Source of the DNA: Klebsiella phage KP2025
Direction: 5' to 3' (one strand)
Sequence record: PP919962.1
DNA length: 64,000 nt
The notes beneath the pieces were generated by a model, which made no database searches, was not told the DNA's origin, and saw nothing but the letters and a program-made list of their open reading frames with translations. Within the stretch, counting starts at the first letter, position 1; each line of letters opens with the position of its first letter. This document shows positions 48,185 to 57,533 of this stretch, piece after piece. The position numbers were made by a program, and so were the translations under genes.

Positions 48185-48199
48185 AGGGGCTTTCGCCCC
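48185..48199 (-). terminator. rho-independent terminator GGGGCGAAAGCCCC plus U-run (minus sense)
   Basis: + strand caaaggggctttcgcccc 48182-48199. Confidence 0.5.
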
Positions 48200-48216
48200 T
48201 TGTCAATTACTTCAGC

Positions 48217-49422
48217 TTAGTAGCTACGACCCTGAAAAGCGTAGTCAGTGTAGCTTTTCTGCTCTTTTGTTTTGATAACCAGTTCGATGACATTCTCACC
48301 TTCTTTGAACATGAAGTGGAAGCCATCTACGCCCATACTCTTAACATTTTGCTCGTTGTAAGAGATGGTGAACAGGTCAGAATCCCAGTGCCAATCTTCT
48401 GTCTCGTCATCGTAGATATCGAGAGTAATGTTTTCCATTTCCGGCAGACGCGCCTTACCTTTGTGGTGTTTAACACGGAAGTCAAACGTGCGGCCAGCGA
48501 ACAGACGCTGCGGAGCCAGCTCGTAAAGTTCGTACTCGTCCGTAATGTCATCCTTACGCTCAACACCGTTCACCTTGAAGGTTACAATTTCCTTCGCAGA
48601 ACGAGTACCGCCATCATTGATGGTAATACCCATCAGGTTCAATGCATCGGTAAACTTATCGTCAGGATAACGATTCAGTTCTTCAACCAGGGACTGAACA
48701 ACGTCGAAGTTCAGATCAGAGGACAGGTTGTACAGGGTTTCAAAGTCACCCACGAACGCTTTGTTTTCCAAGTTTTTAGCTAAGTAATCATCCAGCGTGG
48801 ACTTAGGCAGTTTCTTATAGCTAAAGCTATAGAAGATACGGCTTGGTCGGTTACGCAGAAATTCAGACACATAACCATCGTTCTTAGTCAGAACGAACAG
48901 TTTGTTATAGCCACCTACACCATCCAACAGAGTAAGCAGACCGTCCTGATGCTCTTTCTCGGCGTACAGCTTATCAAATTCATCAACCATCACCATAACT
49001 GGTTGCTTGATCTTAGACATGAAGTTGATAAAATCTTCACCGTTGAACGGGCTACCGATGGAGATGGTAGGGATACCGATCTTACGCAGCGCTACAGAGA
49101 GCATTTTTGCTTGCAGAGTTTTACCGCTGCCTTTAGTACCTTCAAGAAGGATACCAGTGTTCTTACCTTGACGGCTCAGGAACGTTTTGATAATACGATC
49201 AGATTTATCGTCGGTATCACCGTAGGTTACACTTGGTACTTCCATATCGTTTTTAGGGTAAAGGAACCACTCGCCATGCTGAGTAACACCAATACCATAA
49301 GTACCCGCTGGAATTACATCGATATCAATACCAGACTTCTGACGCAGGAAGATTTGACTACCAAATTGTGTGAACATGTATTTCTCCTTCTTTCTCTTTA
49401 AAGTGTAGGAGAAGTATATCAA
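48217..49422 (-). CDS. AAA-type ATPase (start probably at internal Met, MFTQFG)
   Basis: Walker A LLEGTKGSGKT, Walker B VMVMVDEFD. Confidence 0.45.
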   Translation of the reverse strand: MIYFSYTLKRKKEKYMFTQFGSQIFLRQKSGIDIDVIPAGTYGIGVTQHGEWFLYPKNDMEVPSVTYGDTDDKSDRIIKTFLSRQGKNTGILLEGTKGSGKTLQAKMLSVALRKIGIPTISIGSPFNGEDFINFMSKIKQPVMVMVDEFDKLYAEKEHQDGLLTLLDGVGGYNKLFVLTKNDGYVSEFLRNRPSRIFYSFSYKKLPKSTLDDYLAKNLENKAFVGDFETLYNLSSDLNFDVVQSLVEELNRYPDDKFTDALNLMGITINDGGTRSAKEIVTFKVNGVERKDDITDEYELYELAPQRLFAGRTFDFRVKHHKGKARLPEMENITLDIYDDETEDWHWDSDLFTISYNEQNVKSMGVDGFHFMFKEGENVIELVIKTKEQKSYTDYAFQGRSY

Positions 49423-49444
49423 CCTCTCCTATGAAAATCAACCC

Positions 49445-50410
49445 TTATTTTTTAAAAACTCGCCCAAGCTGTTTACCGCTATTGATCACCGTACCATCTT
49501 CGGCCTGGAAGTCCCAAGTACCGTCAATGTTGCGGAAGAAGTTAGAACGATTACCCACTTCGTGGATCACTACCGCCATCACCAGATCGGAGTTGATTTC
49601 CGACTCAATGCTCTCTTTGATGCCTTCTGTGATATCCCGCTCATATTGGATATACACCTTATCATCAATGATCTGCACACTACGAACATTCTTGAACGTA
49701 TAAACCTGCTGTGTGGTGTACAGCACCCGTACAATTGTCTTAGCAACAGTAGGTTTTTGACGATTACGTTTACGATAACGTGGGCGCGGGTTTTTTGCAG
49801 TAGCCTGCTCTGTAACACCATAGTGTTCTTTAAGCAATTTTAAAAATTCTTCATAGCTTACTAACACTTGATTTCCAGTAATACCCCTCATATAGCCATC
49901 AATACCACACTCATCCGAGAAATAGGTAACATGTTTATCTTCGTAATTCTCCACATAACGCATGAAACGACTTCCGTCACTCCAGAAAGTTTTACCTTGC
50001 TCACGACAAATTTCCACTAGGAGTTGGATTTCATTCGAGCCTACCGATTTTGTGAGGAAAGCTGCTTCATGAATTGTTGGTTTTACTTTTGGTTTTATTT
50101 TGTCCATAATAACGTCAAACATCTCCTGTCCTGTAATAGTTTTTGTTTGCATATCCCATTTCTGAATAGTTCCTAAGTCAGCACCATCCATAATACCTTT
50201 ACTATCAAAGAAGATATGAGAAAATGGAGGCTCTCGCCCATTGTCGTTTGTAATGAACATAGAACGAACATCTGCTACGCTGTACAAGTCCTCATCATCA
50301 CCAGAAAAAACTTTAGCCAAAGCTTCGAAAAAACGCTCTTCTTTATTTACACTGCGGGCATATGCCAGCACATCAATCTTCGAGGCATTAATACTTACTG
50401 GAATGGTCAT
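49445..50410 (-). CDS. hypothetical protein
   Basis: 321-aa ORF. Confidence 0.3.
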   Translation of the reverse strand: MTIPVSINASKIDVLAYARSVNKEERFFEALAKVFSGDDEDLYSVADVRSMFITNDNGREPPFSHIFFDSKGIMDGADLGTIQKWDMQTKTITGQEMFDVIMDKIKPKVKPTIHEAAFLTKSVGSNEIQLLVEICREQGKTFWSDGSRFMRYVENYEDKHVTYFSDECGIDGYMRGITGNQVLVSYEEFLKLLKEHYGVTEQATAKNPRPRYRKRNRQKPTVAKTIVRVLYTTQQVYTFKNVRSVQIIDDKVYIQYERDITEGIKESIESEINSDLVMAVVIHEVGNRSNFFRNIDGTWDFQAEDGTVINSGKQLGRVFKK

Positions 50411-50684
50411 TATGTTCTCCTTTTAGTGTTTTCATGGCTTCTTCGTACCAAACATCAAAGTCAACTACTTCTCTGCCGCCTGGTTTCAAACCATTACCAT
50501 TTAAATCAAATTTATCCCCATCCATTTCAAGCCAACTATAACCACCACCCAATCCGGCAAAGAACATGTAGTCTTCAGCATCCTCCCAGAAAGTTGAACC
50601 CCGCAGATGCAATTCGTCAATAACTTCCTGAATTTTATCTTCTTCTATGTCCTTGTCGGAAAAACAGATTTTAAAAATATTCAT
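50388..50684 (-). CDS. hypothetical small acidic protein
   Basis: 98-aa ORF. Confidence 0.25.
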   Translation of the reverse strand: MNIFKICFSDKDIEEDKIQEVIDELHLRGSTFWEDAEDYMFFAGLGGGYSWLEMDGDKFDLNGNGLKPGGREVVDFDVWYEEAMKTLKGEHNDHSSKY

Positions 50685-51115
50685 CCTAAGATCTCCTTAG
50701 CAATACTAGATGCCAGTTTACCATCATACTGATTAGGGAAGACAGTACGTAAGTGTTTCATCATATCTGGCATCTTACGCCCCTGCGCACGCATTGCTTC
50801 GGCAATTTCACGCAATGTTTCTTCGTCTAGCATTTCCGGTAGGTAATTTTCCAGTACGATAATATCGCGCTCTGCACGTTCGATACGAACTTGCGGTGCC
50901 GACACAGCTTTCAGGGATTCAAGTTCTTCTTTTGCATGAGCGATCCCTAGTTTAACGATACCAATCATAATGTCGTCTTCAGATTTACCCAGATTTGCTT
51001 TCTGAGTACGAGCGAGATCAAACTCACCGATAATGTTAGTTAACAAGGCAAATGCACCTTTATCCGTGGTGCGTGCCAGAATACGATCTGCTTTCATTTG
51101 AGTTACAATACTCAT
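50681..51115 (-). CDS. GatB/YqeY-domain protein
   Basis: C-terminal LENYLPEMLDEETLREIAEAMRAQGRKMPDMMKHLRTVFPNQYDGKLASSIAKEILG is collinear with YqeY (LEEYLPEQLSEEEL...MGKVMK...ADGKLVS..VKEKL). Confidence 0.5.
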   Translation of the reverse strand: MSIVTQMKADRILARTTDKGAFALLTNIIGEFDLARTQKANLGKSEDDIMIGIVKLGIAHAKEELESLKAVSAPQVRIERAERDIIVLENYLPEMLDEETLREIAEAMRAQGRKMPDMMKHLRTVFPNQYDGKLASSIAKEILG

Positions 51116-51417
51116 TCTTTCTCTCCTTCTAATTCAGCCTTTTGTGCTCGGATGCGTTCCAGGTAGGTGTCGAGGTGTTCTCCTTCATACTGCACATCAC
51201 CTTTACACATCATCATGCTCTTTTCAATGTTCTGTGCGAGTAGATGTGCTGCTAAGTTCGGGGCATCTTTCAAGATACAGCCTTTATCATACCAGACTTT
51301 ACCAATCTTGCAACCTTTATTTTCGTCAATTTTGCTCACTTCGCCCTTATGCCAGAACCAAGGGCTAACTTTACCCATAAAGAAAACAACCTCACATACC
51401 TCGAATGTATGTTCCAT
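51112..51417 (-). CDS. hypothetical protein
   Basis: 101-aa ORF. Confidence 0.25.
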   Translation of the reverse strand: MEHTFEVCEVVFFMGKVSPWFWHKGEVSKIDENKGCKIGKVWYDKGCILKDAPNLAAHLLAQNIEKSMMMCKGDVQYEGEHLDTYLERIRAQKAELEGEKE

Positions 51418-51764
51418 TATTTGTCACCATAATGGTAGAAGTTAATGATTAGGTTCGTAGGATTATCATAGATACAAGTACCCTTTGGTACAGAGGCTAC
51501 AATCCAATCCCGAATCATTTTCCAGTCAACTAACTGGCTGGTCGCTTCAACGTGCAGAACTTTAGCTCCACCTATTTCATGAATCAGTGGTGCGATACAG
51601 ATAGGGCGACTGTCAATTTCTCCGAGAGTGATCAGTGAGCCACTCATGTCTTGCACATACTTATATCCAGCAGCAGTTAGCTCTCGGTAAATACCAATTG
51701 ACTCATAGCCAGAGTTAATTAACACTACAACATCCACAGATTGGAAATCTTTTTCATGAGACAT
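51417..51764 (-). CDS. hypothetical protein
   Basis: 115-aa ORF. Confidence 0.25.
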   Translation of the reverse strand: MSHEKDFQSVDVVVLINSGYESIGIYRELTAAGYKYVQDMSGSLITLGEIDSRPICIAPLIHEIGGAKVLHVEATSQLVDWKMIRDWIVASVPKGTCIYDNPTNLIINFYHYGDK

Positions 51765-51804
51765 AGGTTTATCCTCGCTTAGAATGCCCCCGAAGGGGCA
51801 TGTA

Positions 51805-51996
51805 TTATTTCTTCAAACTGTCTTCAGTACCATCCCACTTCTCAACAAGTTCAATGAGTTGTTCTTTGGTCTTTGTCCAGCCAAGTTTCAAAAGTGACTC
51901 TACTTTAGCATCCACAGAAGGATCATGCAAGCCCTTTTCTACTTCTTGTTCAATCCAGGTTAACACTTTATGTAAAATTGCATTACCGTCCATCAA
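51805..51996 (-). CDS. hypothetical small protein
   Basis: 63-aa ORF, ATGA overlap with helicase stop. Confidence 0.25.
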   Translation of the reverse strand: MMDGNAILHKVLTWIEQEVEKGLHDPSVDAKVESLLKLGWTKTKEQLIELVEKWDGTEDSLKK

Positions 51997-54872
51997 TAAT
52001 CATCTCCCATGAAGTTATCTTGGTCTATCTTACGTTCGAGAATTTCTAAGAGATGACAGTCTCCAGATGATCCACTAAGCTCGGTTTTTAGTCGAGACAA
52101 ATTAGGCATCATATTTATTTCACCAAAGAAATCCCCTTCACCATCTTCTAGCCAACTTTCGTAGGCTTGGATATGGTTATCATTACCATCGAAACTGTCA
52201 GCTATAAACTGTTTTATTTGGTCTGGTGTTGTGTACGCAGCACCAAAAACACCTAAGCGAACATTTTCAATGGGGATGCCGCCGTTAAGCAGCTTCTCCT
52301 TTGGGGCAGTGTGTTTCTCTCCCTCCACACGCTTAATATCTATAATTTCCTGGACAGTACTATTCCATTGTAGACATTTTATACATCGTGTATGTGCTAC
52401 ATAGAGCAGATTACGCTCTGCTTCTTCAAGCCCTACCCACTCCCTTTCTTTATTATAGTTAGAAGGGAAGTCATTTGCAACAACAACTTGATCCCATTCT
52501 AAACCTTTTGATTTATGCGCTGTTGTAAGAGTTACCTTTGCAGTTGGTGAATTTCGATGTGTCCGTAGAGTATGTGCGATTGTATTAGCTTTACCGCTGA
52601 CAACAACGTTTAACAAACGTTTAGCATCAGGATCACTTTCTGCACAGTCTACAAATTCTTCCCAAGTGGCATAGGGCAGTACAGTTTCATGTTTTACTTT
52701 TTCAATATCCCCTCGACGTAAAGCATTCACGCTATCTACCATTGAGATAAAATCTTTGGTGTCAACGTTAATGATAATATCTTCACCATCTGCGATACGA
52801 TCCATTGCTTCCATAAGCAAAGTTAGATTTTTACGGAAGATGATTGTATATGGTTTAGTATAATCTACTATATCAGATACATAGCTGCCTACAATCGTAT
52901 CATAACCCTTACCAACTAAAGGATGTGCCAGAGGTTGTTTATCTTCTAAGATCATATTAGCGACATCTGCCACTTTTGGGCCAAAACGGAAACAAGCTGT
53001 AAGAGGAAGTTCGACACCATAGGTGGCGGTTTCAACCATCATATTAGAACTTCCCCGGAATTGATAGATACAATTGTGACTAAGAATATCATTGCCAAAA
53101 AAGTTAGCTGTATCTTCCACTTCAATATCATAATAGATACCCTCACTATCTACAATGTCCACAATTTCTTCTGCCGTTACAGTATCACCATCTTTTACCA
53201 ACACAGACATACCTTTAAATAAACCCGCCGCAGGAATTAAATTATATTTAGTAGTGTTCACAGAAGACATGCACTCTTTCAATGATGCAAATGGAACTAT
53301 CTCCAATACTTTATTAGCAAAAGTTAAAGCATCACGGTAAGAGCTAAAATACTTACGCACACGAAAACGACCTTCATTTTTCGCATTTGTCACCTTAATA
53401 CCGGATTGCGTTAAACTTTCTATGATGTTCATTTCTACTTCTGTCCACTCAAAGTGAACTTGGGTTCCTTTTTTACATTGTGCTCGCAAAGTCACTGTTA
53501 ACATTTTTCTTTCATCTGCTGCACAATTGAGGCTGTGCCAATGTGGATAAGCAAAATGATAATCTTTATCATCTAAAAGTTTAAAACCATTTTGTCCAAA
53601 TTGTTCAAAGATGTTATTGATCCTTTCTTGATTAATACCGCGTGAACTTGCTTCAAATACACAAGTAGGAATGCCATATTGTAAACTGTATGCCATTTCT
53701 TTTTCCATAGCCGCTTCACGGTTTTCAACAATATCCAACACCCACAATTTCTGTGCTCTTTCAGAACGTGTACGTTGCCCCAGTTTAGAAAAACCTTCTT
53801 TATCATCGAATTTGTTAGTGATCCCTACTCGGAAACCTAGATCTTTCCTCCACATTAGGTATACCACCATCTGATCATCTTTCAGGGCATAAGGTGAAGC
53901 CCAAATACGATGGTTATGTGTCATATCTAAAGTTTTACCCTTGGTAGTAATAATATTCCTACCTTTTGTACGTGTAGATAAAGTCTTATTTGTTACTTTT
54001 CTAAATGTAACTTTACCGTTAGAATAAGACTCTACCTTATCACCGATTTGCAGGTCTTTCATTGCAACCTGACCATTCTCGGTATTAAGTACCGTGTTTT
54101 CTGACGCACATTGGAATTCATCACCAACAACCACAATTCGTTTAGCTGCCTTGGCATTACGCAGAATGGATAAGAAAGCAGGGTTAACGTCCTGGAACTC
54201 ATCGCCAAAGATAATATCATACCCCAAGTCTTTACCGGACAATTCAAACAACTTGACATAAGTATCGTGCGTCATGATCGTCTCAGATTTAGGGTCAATA
54301 CGCTCACGCCAAAGCTGTTTAGCATATGTCACTACTTCAGTGATCAGTTTATTCTCATTAATGTTCTTACGCTTGAGGTCTGCGAGATAAACTGTAGGAA
54401 AATGCTTACGCCCCAGATGAGCATCATCTGAAAATTCAAACTTACCTACAGTTTGTTTAACCATCAGCCCAATCATTGCACGAGTGAGTAGGGTTTTACC
54501 ATTCTTATCAATCAAGTTATTGATTTTGAACTTCTTGGCAATCTCATTACCAGTACCTGCTACATTCACATATGCACCCTCTGGACGTGTCAACTTGTGA
54601 CGCAGAGATTGATCAAGTTGTTGATAGCAAATAGAGTGAAGAGTACGACACTCCACATTATCCGGCATCTTGCGTCGGGCTTCCTCTGCCATGCTCTTGT
54701 TGAATGCAAGATACAGAATCTTATCCTCTGTACCATTAGCCAACATATAGAGTGTTGATGTTTTACCACTACCAGATTTGGCTTGAATAGTAGTAAAACG
54801 GTTTTCTTTGAATGCACCTTCGATTGCAAATTGTTCATCCGTAGGTGTAAAACTTAGTTCACTCTTAGCCAT
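51993..54872 (-). CDS. UvrD/Rep-like SF1 DNA helicase containing an intein
   Basis: Walker A AKSGSGKT; motif II FGDEFQD; motif III VVVGDEFQ...CIYQFRGSS restored after removal of intein; 959 aa precursor, about 613 aa extein. Confidence 0.65.
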   Translation of the reverse strand: MAKSELSFTPTDEQFAIEGAFKENRFTTIQAKSGSGKTSTLYMLANGTEDKILYLAFNKSMAEEARRKMPDNVECRTLHSICYQQLDQSLRHKLTRPEGAYVNVAGTGNEIAKKFKINNLIDKNGKTLLTRAMIGLMVKQTVGKFEFSDDAHLGRKHFPTVYLADLKRKNINENKLITEVVTYAKQLWRERIDPKSETIMTHDTYVKLFELSGKDLGYDIIFGDEFQDVNPAFLSILRNAKAAKRIVVVGDEFQCASENTVLNTENGQVAMKDLQIGDKVESYSNGKVTFRKVTNKTLSTRTKGRNIITTKGKTLDMTHNHRIWASPYALKDDQMVVYLMWRKDLGFRVGITNKFDDKEGFSKLGQRTRSERAQKLWVLDIVENREAAMEKEMAYSLQYGIPTCVFEASSRGINQERINNIFEQFGQNGFKLLDDKDYHFAYPHWHSLNCAADERKMLTVTLRAQCKKGTQVHFEWTEVEMNIIESLTQSGIKVTNAKNEGRFRVRKYFSSYRDALTFANKVLEIVPFASLKECMSSVNTTKYNLIPAAGLFKGMSVLVKDGDTVTAEEIVDIVDSEGIYYDIEVEDTANFFGNDILSHNCIYQFRGSSNMMVETATYGVELPLTACFRFGPKVADVANMILEDKQPLAHPLVGKGYDTIVGSYVSDIVDYTKPYTIIFRKNLTLLMEAMDRIADGEDIIINVDTKDFISMVDSVNALRRGDIEKVKHETVLPYATWEEFVDCAESDPDAKRLLNVVVSGKANTIAHTLRTHRNSPTAKVTLTTAHKSKGLEWDQVVVANDFPSNYNKEREWVGLEEAERNLLYVAHTRCIKCLQWNSTVQEIIDIKRVEGEKHTAPKEKLLNGGIPIENVRLGVFGAAYTTPDQIKQFIADSFDGNDNHIQAYESWLEDGEGDFFGEINMMPNLSRLKTELSGSSGDCHLLEILERKIDQDNFMGDDY
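53073..54110 (-). other. intein (about 346 aa, residues 255-600 of helicase precursor; coordinates +/-1-2 nt), likely with endonuclease domain
   Basis: begins CASENTVLNTENGQVAMKDLQIGDKV (block A), ends DILSHN followed by +1 Cys (HN|C); insertion splits helicase motif III. Confidence 0.6.
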
Positions 54873-55359
54873 TCAATCCTCTCTTAATTTCTTCCACTAA
54901 CATTGGAACCAGATCACGTTGTAAGATTTGTTCCATGATGTGAGATGGCAGCTTACGGAACTGCCAGTTGTATGCCACACTCCCGCCGTTCGGCGTATAC
55001 ACCCGTAGGTAGAGCATTTCGCGTAGTTTATCGACTTCAATATCATACTCGATAGATTCTAAGCGGTGCAAGGTGAGTTCCATTTTCAGGATACGTTCTT
55101 GCATCTCATAGGGCGTAGGGTTAAATGGCCCATAGCTGCGGACTGAGAAGCTACCATATGGAACTTCGCGAGTTTGTGGCATGAGGGTTGGGAAGTATTC
55201 TCCCAAAAGGTCACATGTCATTTGTAGACATTCGCGCTCCATTCTATTCTCATTACGACTATTATCAAGATCTCTCTGCAAATTATTTAATTGTTTTTCC
55301 TGTGCAGCCAGAGATTCACGCATTTTTCGTTTTTGATTTCTTCCAAATCGCTTGCTCAT
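54865..55359 (-). CDS. hypothetical coiled-coil protein
   Basis: 164-aa ORF. Confidence 0.25.
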   Translation of the reverse strand: MSKRFGRNQKRKMRESLAAQEKQLNNLQRDLDNSRNENRMERECLQMTCDLLGEYFPTLMPQTREVPYGSFSVRSYGPFNPTPYEMQERILKMELTLHRLESIEYDIEVDKLREMLYLRVYTPNGGSVAYNWQFRKLPSHIMEQILQRDLVPMLVEEIKRGLNG

Positions 55360-55368
55360 TGTTCCTCC

Positions 55369-55905
55369 TCAATAGAATTTTTCTACCTGATGTAATCTTC
55401 TCATAGTGATCCATGCAAATTCCTGATTTAACTCTTCAGGTAAATTTGCCATAATGTAGGCATATTGTTCTTCCCATGTCCATTTATTAGGGTTATCAGG
55501 AATTTTATCTGAAGCTTTTGTATTATCTTTCTGAGTTTGAATAATCCAATTAGAAGGGAAATGAACACCACCCTTTTTGAAAGGCATGTAATGGCCTAGA
55601 GTGAAGCTACGCTTACCTTCCAGACCACCCAGTTTATTTAAGTGGATGATTAAGCTACGAAATACATAATATTCGTAGACATTATCTACAGTGTAGAAAG
55701 CATAATATTTTAAGATGCCTGTATCCCGTTTGAAATTATGCACATCCAAACTACACCAGTTAACATTGTCTGGATCATAACTGTGATTCTCAATCCATTC
55801 CTCACGTTCGTCCCATTCTGGATAAATTACAGATTGACTTGAAGAGTCCACTAAAGGGGAAAAAACATCAAAAAACATTATAATCTCCTTTAACTTAGTT
55901 TTCAA
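55369..55905 (-). CDS. hypothetical protein
   Basis: 178-aa ORF. Confidence 0.25.
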   Translation of the reverse strand: MKTKLKEIIMFFDVFSPLVDSSSQSVIYPEWDEREEWIENHSYDPDNVNWCSLDVHNFKRDTGILKYYAFYTVDNVYEYYVFRSLIIHLNKLGGLEGKRSFTLGHYMPFKKGGVHFPSNWIIQTQKDNTKASDKIPDNPNKWTWEEQYAYIMANLPEELNQEFAWITMRRLHQVEKFY

Positions 55906-56260
55906 TATCTACCAAAGCATTTCCCACCTTAAGTAAGATAATATCGTTGACAGCATCCTCATCATCTCCTTCTATCTGGGCAAACTTTTCGGTTGCAAAC
56001 ATAACCATATAATGTTCATCCATCTGGAAGACTTTCATATAACCATCCAGTTTAATCTCTTCGCTGAAACGGAAACTGAGGAACTTTTCAGACAGAGGAT
56101 GATCCCCTGAGCGGGCTAGTGCCATCGTATTTGGCGGGATGACATATTTATCAGATCCTACGTAGACATAAGTGTCCTGTTCACCATAGCTATACAGTGT
56201 TGCAGCTTTATCTTGAATCACGGATAAAGAAAAAATATCAAAATCTTCTACTGTTTTCAT
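55895..56260 (-). CDS. hypothetical protein
   Basis: 121-aa ORF. Confidence 0.25.
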   Translation of the reverse strand: MKTVEDFDIFSLSVIQDKAATLYSYGEQDTYVYVGSDKYVIPPNTMALARSGDHPLSEKFLSFRFSEEIKLDGYMKVFQMDEHYMVMFATEKFAQIEGDDEDAVNDIILLKVGNALVDIEN

Positions 56261-56270
56261 GACACACTCC

Positions 56271-56522
56271 TTACTTGAAAATAAAATAAATAACTACACA
56301 AGCAATAAAAGTAAATAATAAACCTTTACCTGAAGTTCTGCTTCTTTTTGTCTCATAACTCAAGCCTATGCCATGAGCGCCTACCGTGTGCTTGACACCC
56401 TTACTATTGATGTTGGAAGTAAACCACCCAGCTTTTACACTTGTTGAATTTATTCCCTTTTTACCGAGATTAATATACACCCCAGGTATAATTTTAATTC
56501 TCTTTCTAAAGCGAAACCCCAT
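56271..56522 (-). CDS. small protein with N-terminal basic motif and C-terminal TM helix (DUF4236-like)
   Basis: MGFRFRKRIKIIPGVYINLGKKG...; C-terminal hydrophobic FTFIACVVIYFIF. Confidence 0.3.
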   Translation of the reverse strand: MGFRFRKRIKIIPGVYINLGKKGINSTSVKAGWFTSNINSKGVKHTVGAHGIGLSYETKRSRTSGKGLLFTFIACVVIYFIFK

Positions 56523-56896
56523 TAAAAATTTTCCTCCCAGTTCCAGTAATCGTCTTTATAATTTCTCCTGTTATATTCTTTCCTAGCCCATTCTACGGCA
56601 GCAACGAGAACATCCCCATGACAAGCAACCTCTTTATTAGGTTGTTTACAAAAGCAAACTAAGTCTTTTCCTTCTAATGCTAATAAGTCTTCCAATGTTA
56701 TCTTACCAGAGCGAATCTGCTCCCACAACCATTCTTTATACCGTTGTATAGTAGCACCACGAGGCTCATCCTCGGTTAGCTTAAATGGATTAGCAAACTT
56801 AGAAGCCTTCAGACCATAATGAGGCATTGCCCGTCCGATATACTCTGCGCCAGGAGGAATAACTTTTCCAAGGTGGTAGAAATTTAAAACTTTCAT
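56522..56896 (-). CDS. DUF4326-like protein
   Basis: KDLVCFCKQPNKEVACHGDVL motif. Confidence 0.3.
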   Translation of the reverse strand: MKVLNFYHLGKVIPPGAEYIGRAMPHYGLKASKFANPFKLTEDEPRGATIQRYKEWLWEQIRSGKITLEDLLALEGKDLVCFCKQPNKEVACHGDVLVAAVEWARKEYNRRNYKDDYWNWEENF

Positions 56897-57255
56897 TTCT
56901 TTTCATCCTCCTTATATTCCAAGAATAAGTCTACCTCATATGTGTGTCTCTGATCAAATTTATTTGGGTCAAGAACAATAAAAAGAACACGATTAATATC
57001 GAGATATTCTTTCACAACAATGAACAGGTCTTTGCGGCAAGAGAATCCGGTGGCTTTAAAGGCATCGCCCCACTGGTCTACAGACTTTACACTCTTATCC
57101 AGTTTACAGCGAATGTCCTTACCTTCGTCTTGGTATAAAGCTACACCACCGTACCAGGTGAAGAATTTAGTGCCATTGGCAACCACTTTGAATCCTTCCC
57201 GCGCATTCACGCCAGTAGAAATGAGCAGCGTGATCACCAATAGCAACTTAATCAT
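56893..57255 (-). CDS. secreted/periplasmic small protein
   Basis: signal peptide MIKLLLVITLLISTGVNA. Confidence 0.3.
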   Translation of the reverse strand: MIKLLLVITLLISTGVNAREGFKVVANGTKFFTWYGGVALYQDEGKDIRCKLDKSVKSVDQWGDAFKATGFSCRKDLFIVVKEYLDINRVLFIVLDPNKFDQRHTYEVDLFLEYKEDEKK

Positions 57256-57533
57256 TCAATCTCCAGTCGTTTACGTTTATCAAAAACAACATCATACTTA
57301 TCACCACACCCATTGTCAACATAAAACTTGATAAACTGGTCATCCTGTTCCACTGTATACCCAACTTCCAAACACAAGCCGTTGCCTGTATCTTCCAAAA
57401 TATCCTCAACTAAGTGACTATAAAGGATACTATCACCAGTGAATGCCCAGAAGTAGTCTGAGAGATTTTCGAAAGATAAGTTCAGTTCAGGATTTTCTTG
57501 GTGAAGTTTAACTGCCTTTGTTAAATAACTCAT
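57252..57533 (-). CDS. hypothetical small protein
   Basis: 93-aa ORF. Confidence 0.25.
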   Translation of the reverse strand: MSYLTKAVKLHQENPELNLSFENLSDYFWAFTGDSILYSHLVEDILEDTGNGLCLEVGYTVEQDDQFIKFYVDNGCGDKYDVVFDKRKRLEIE

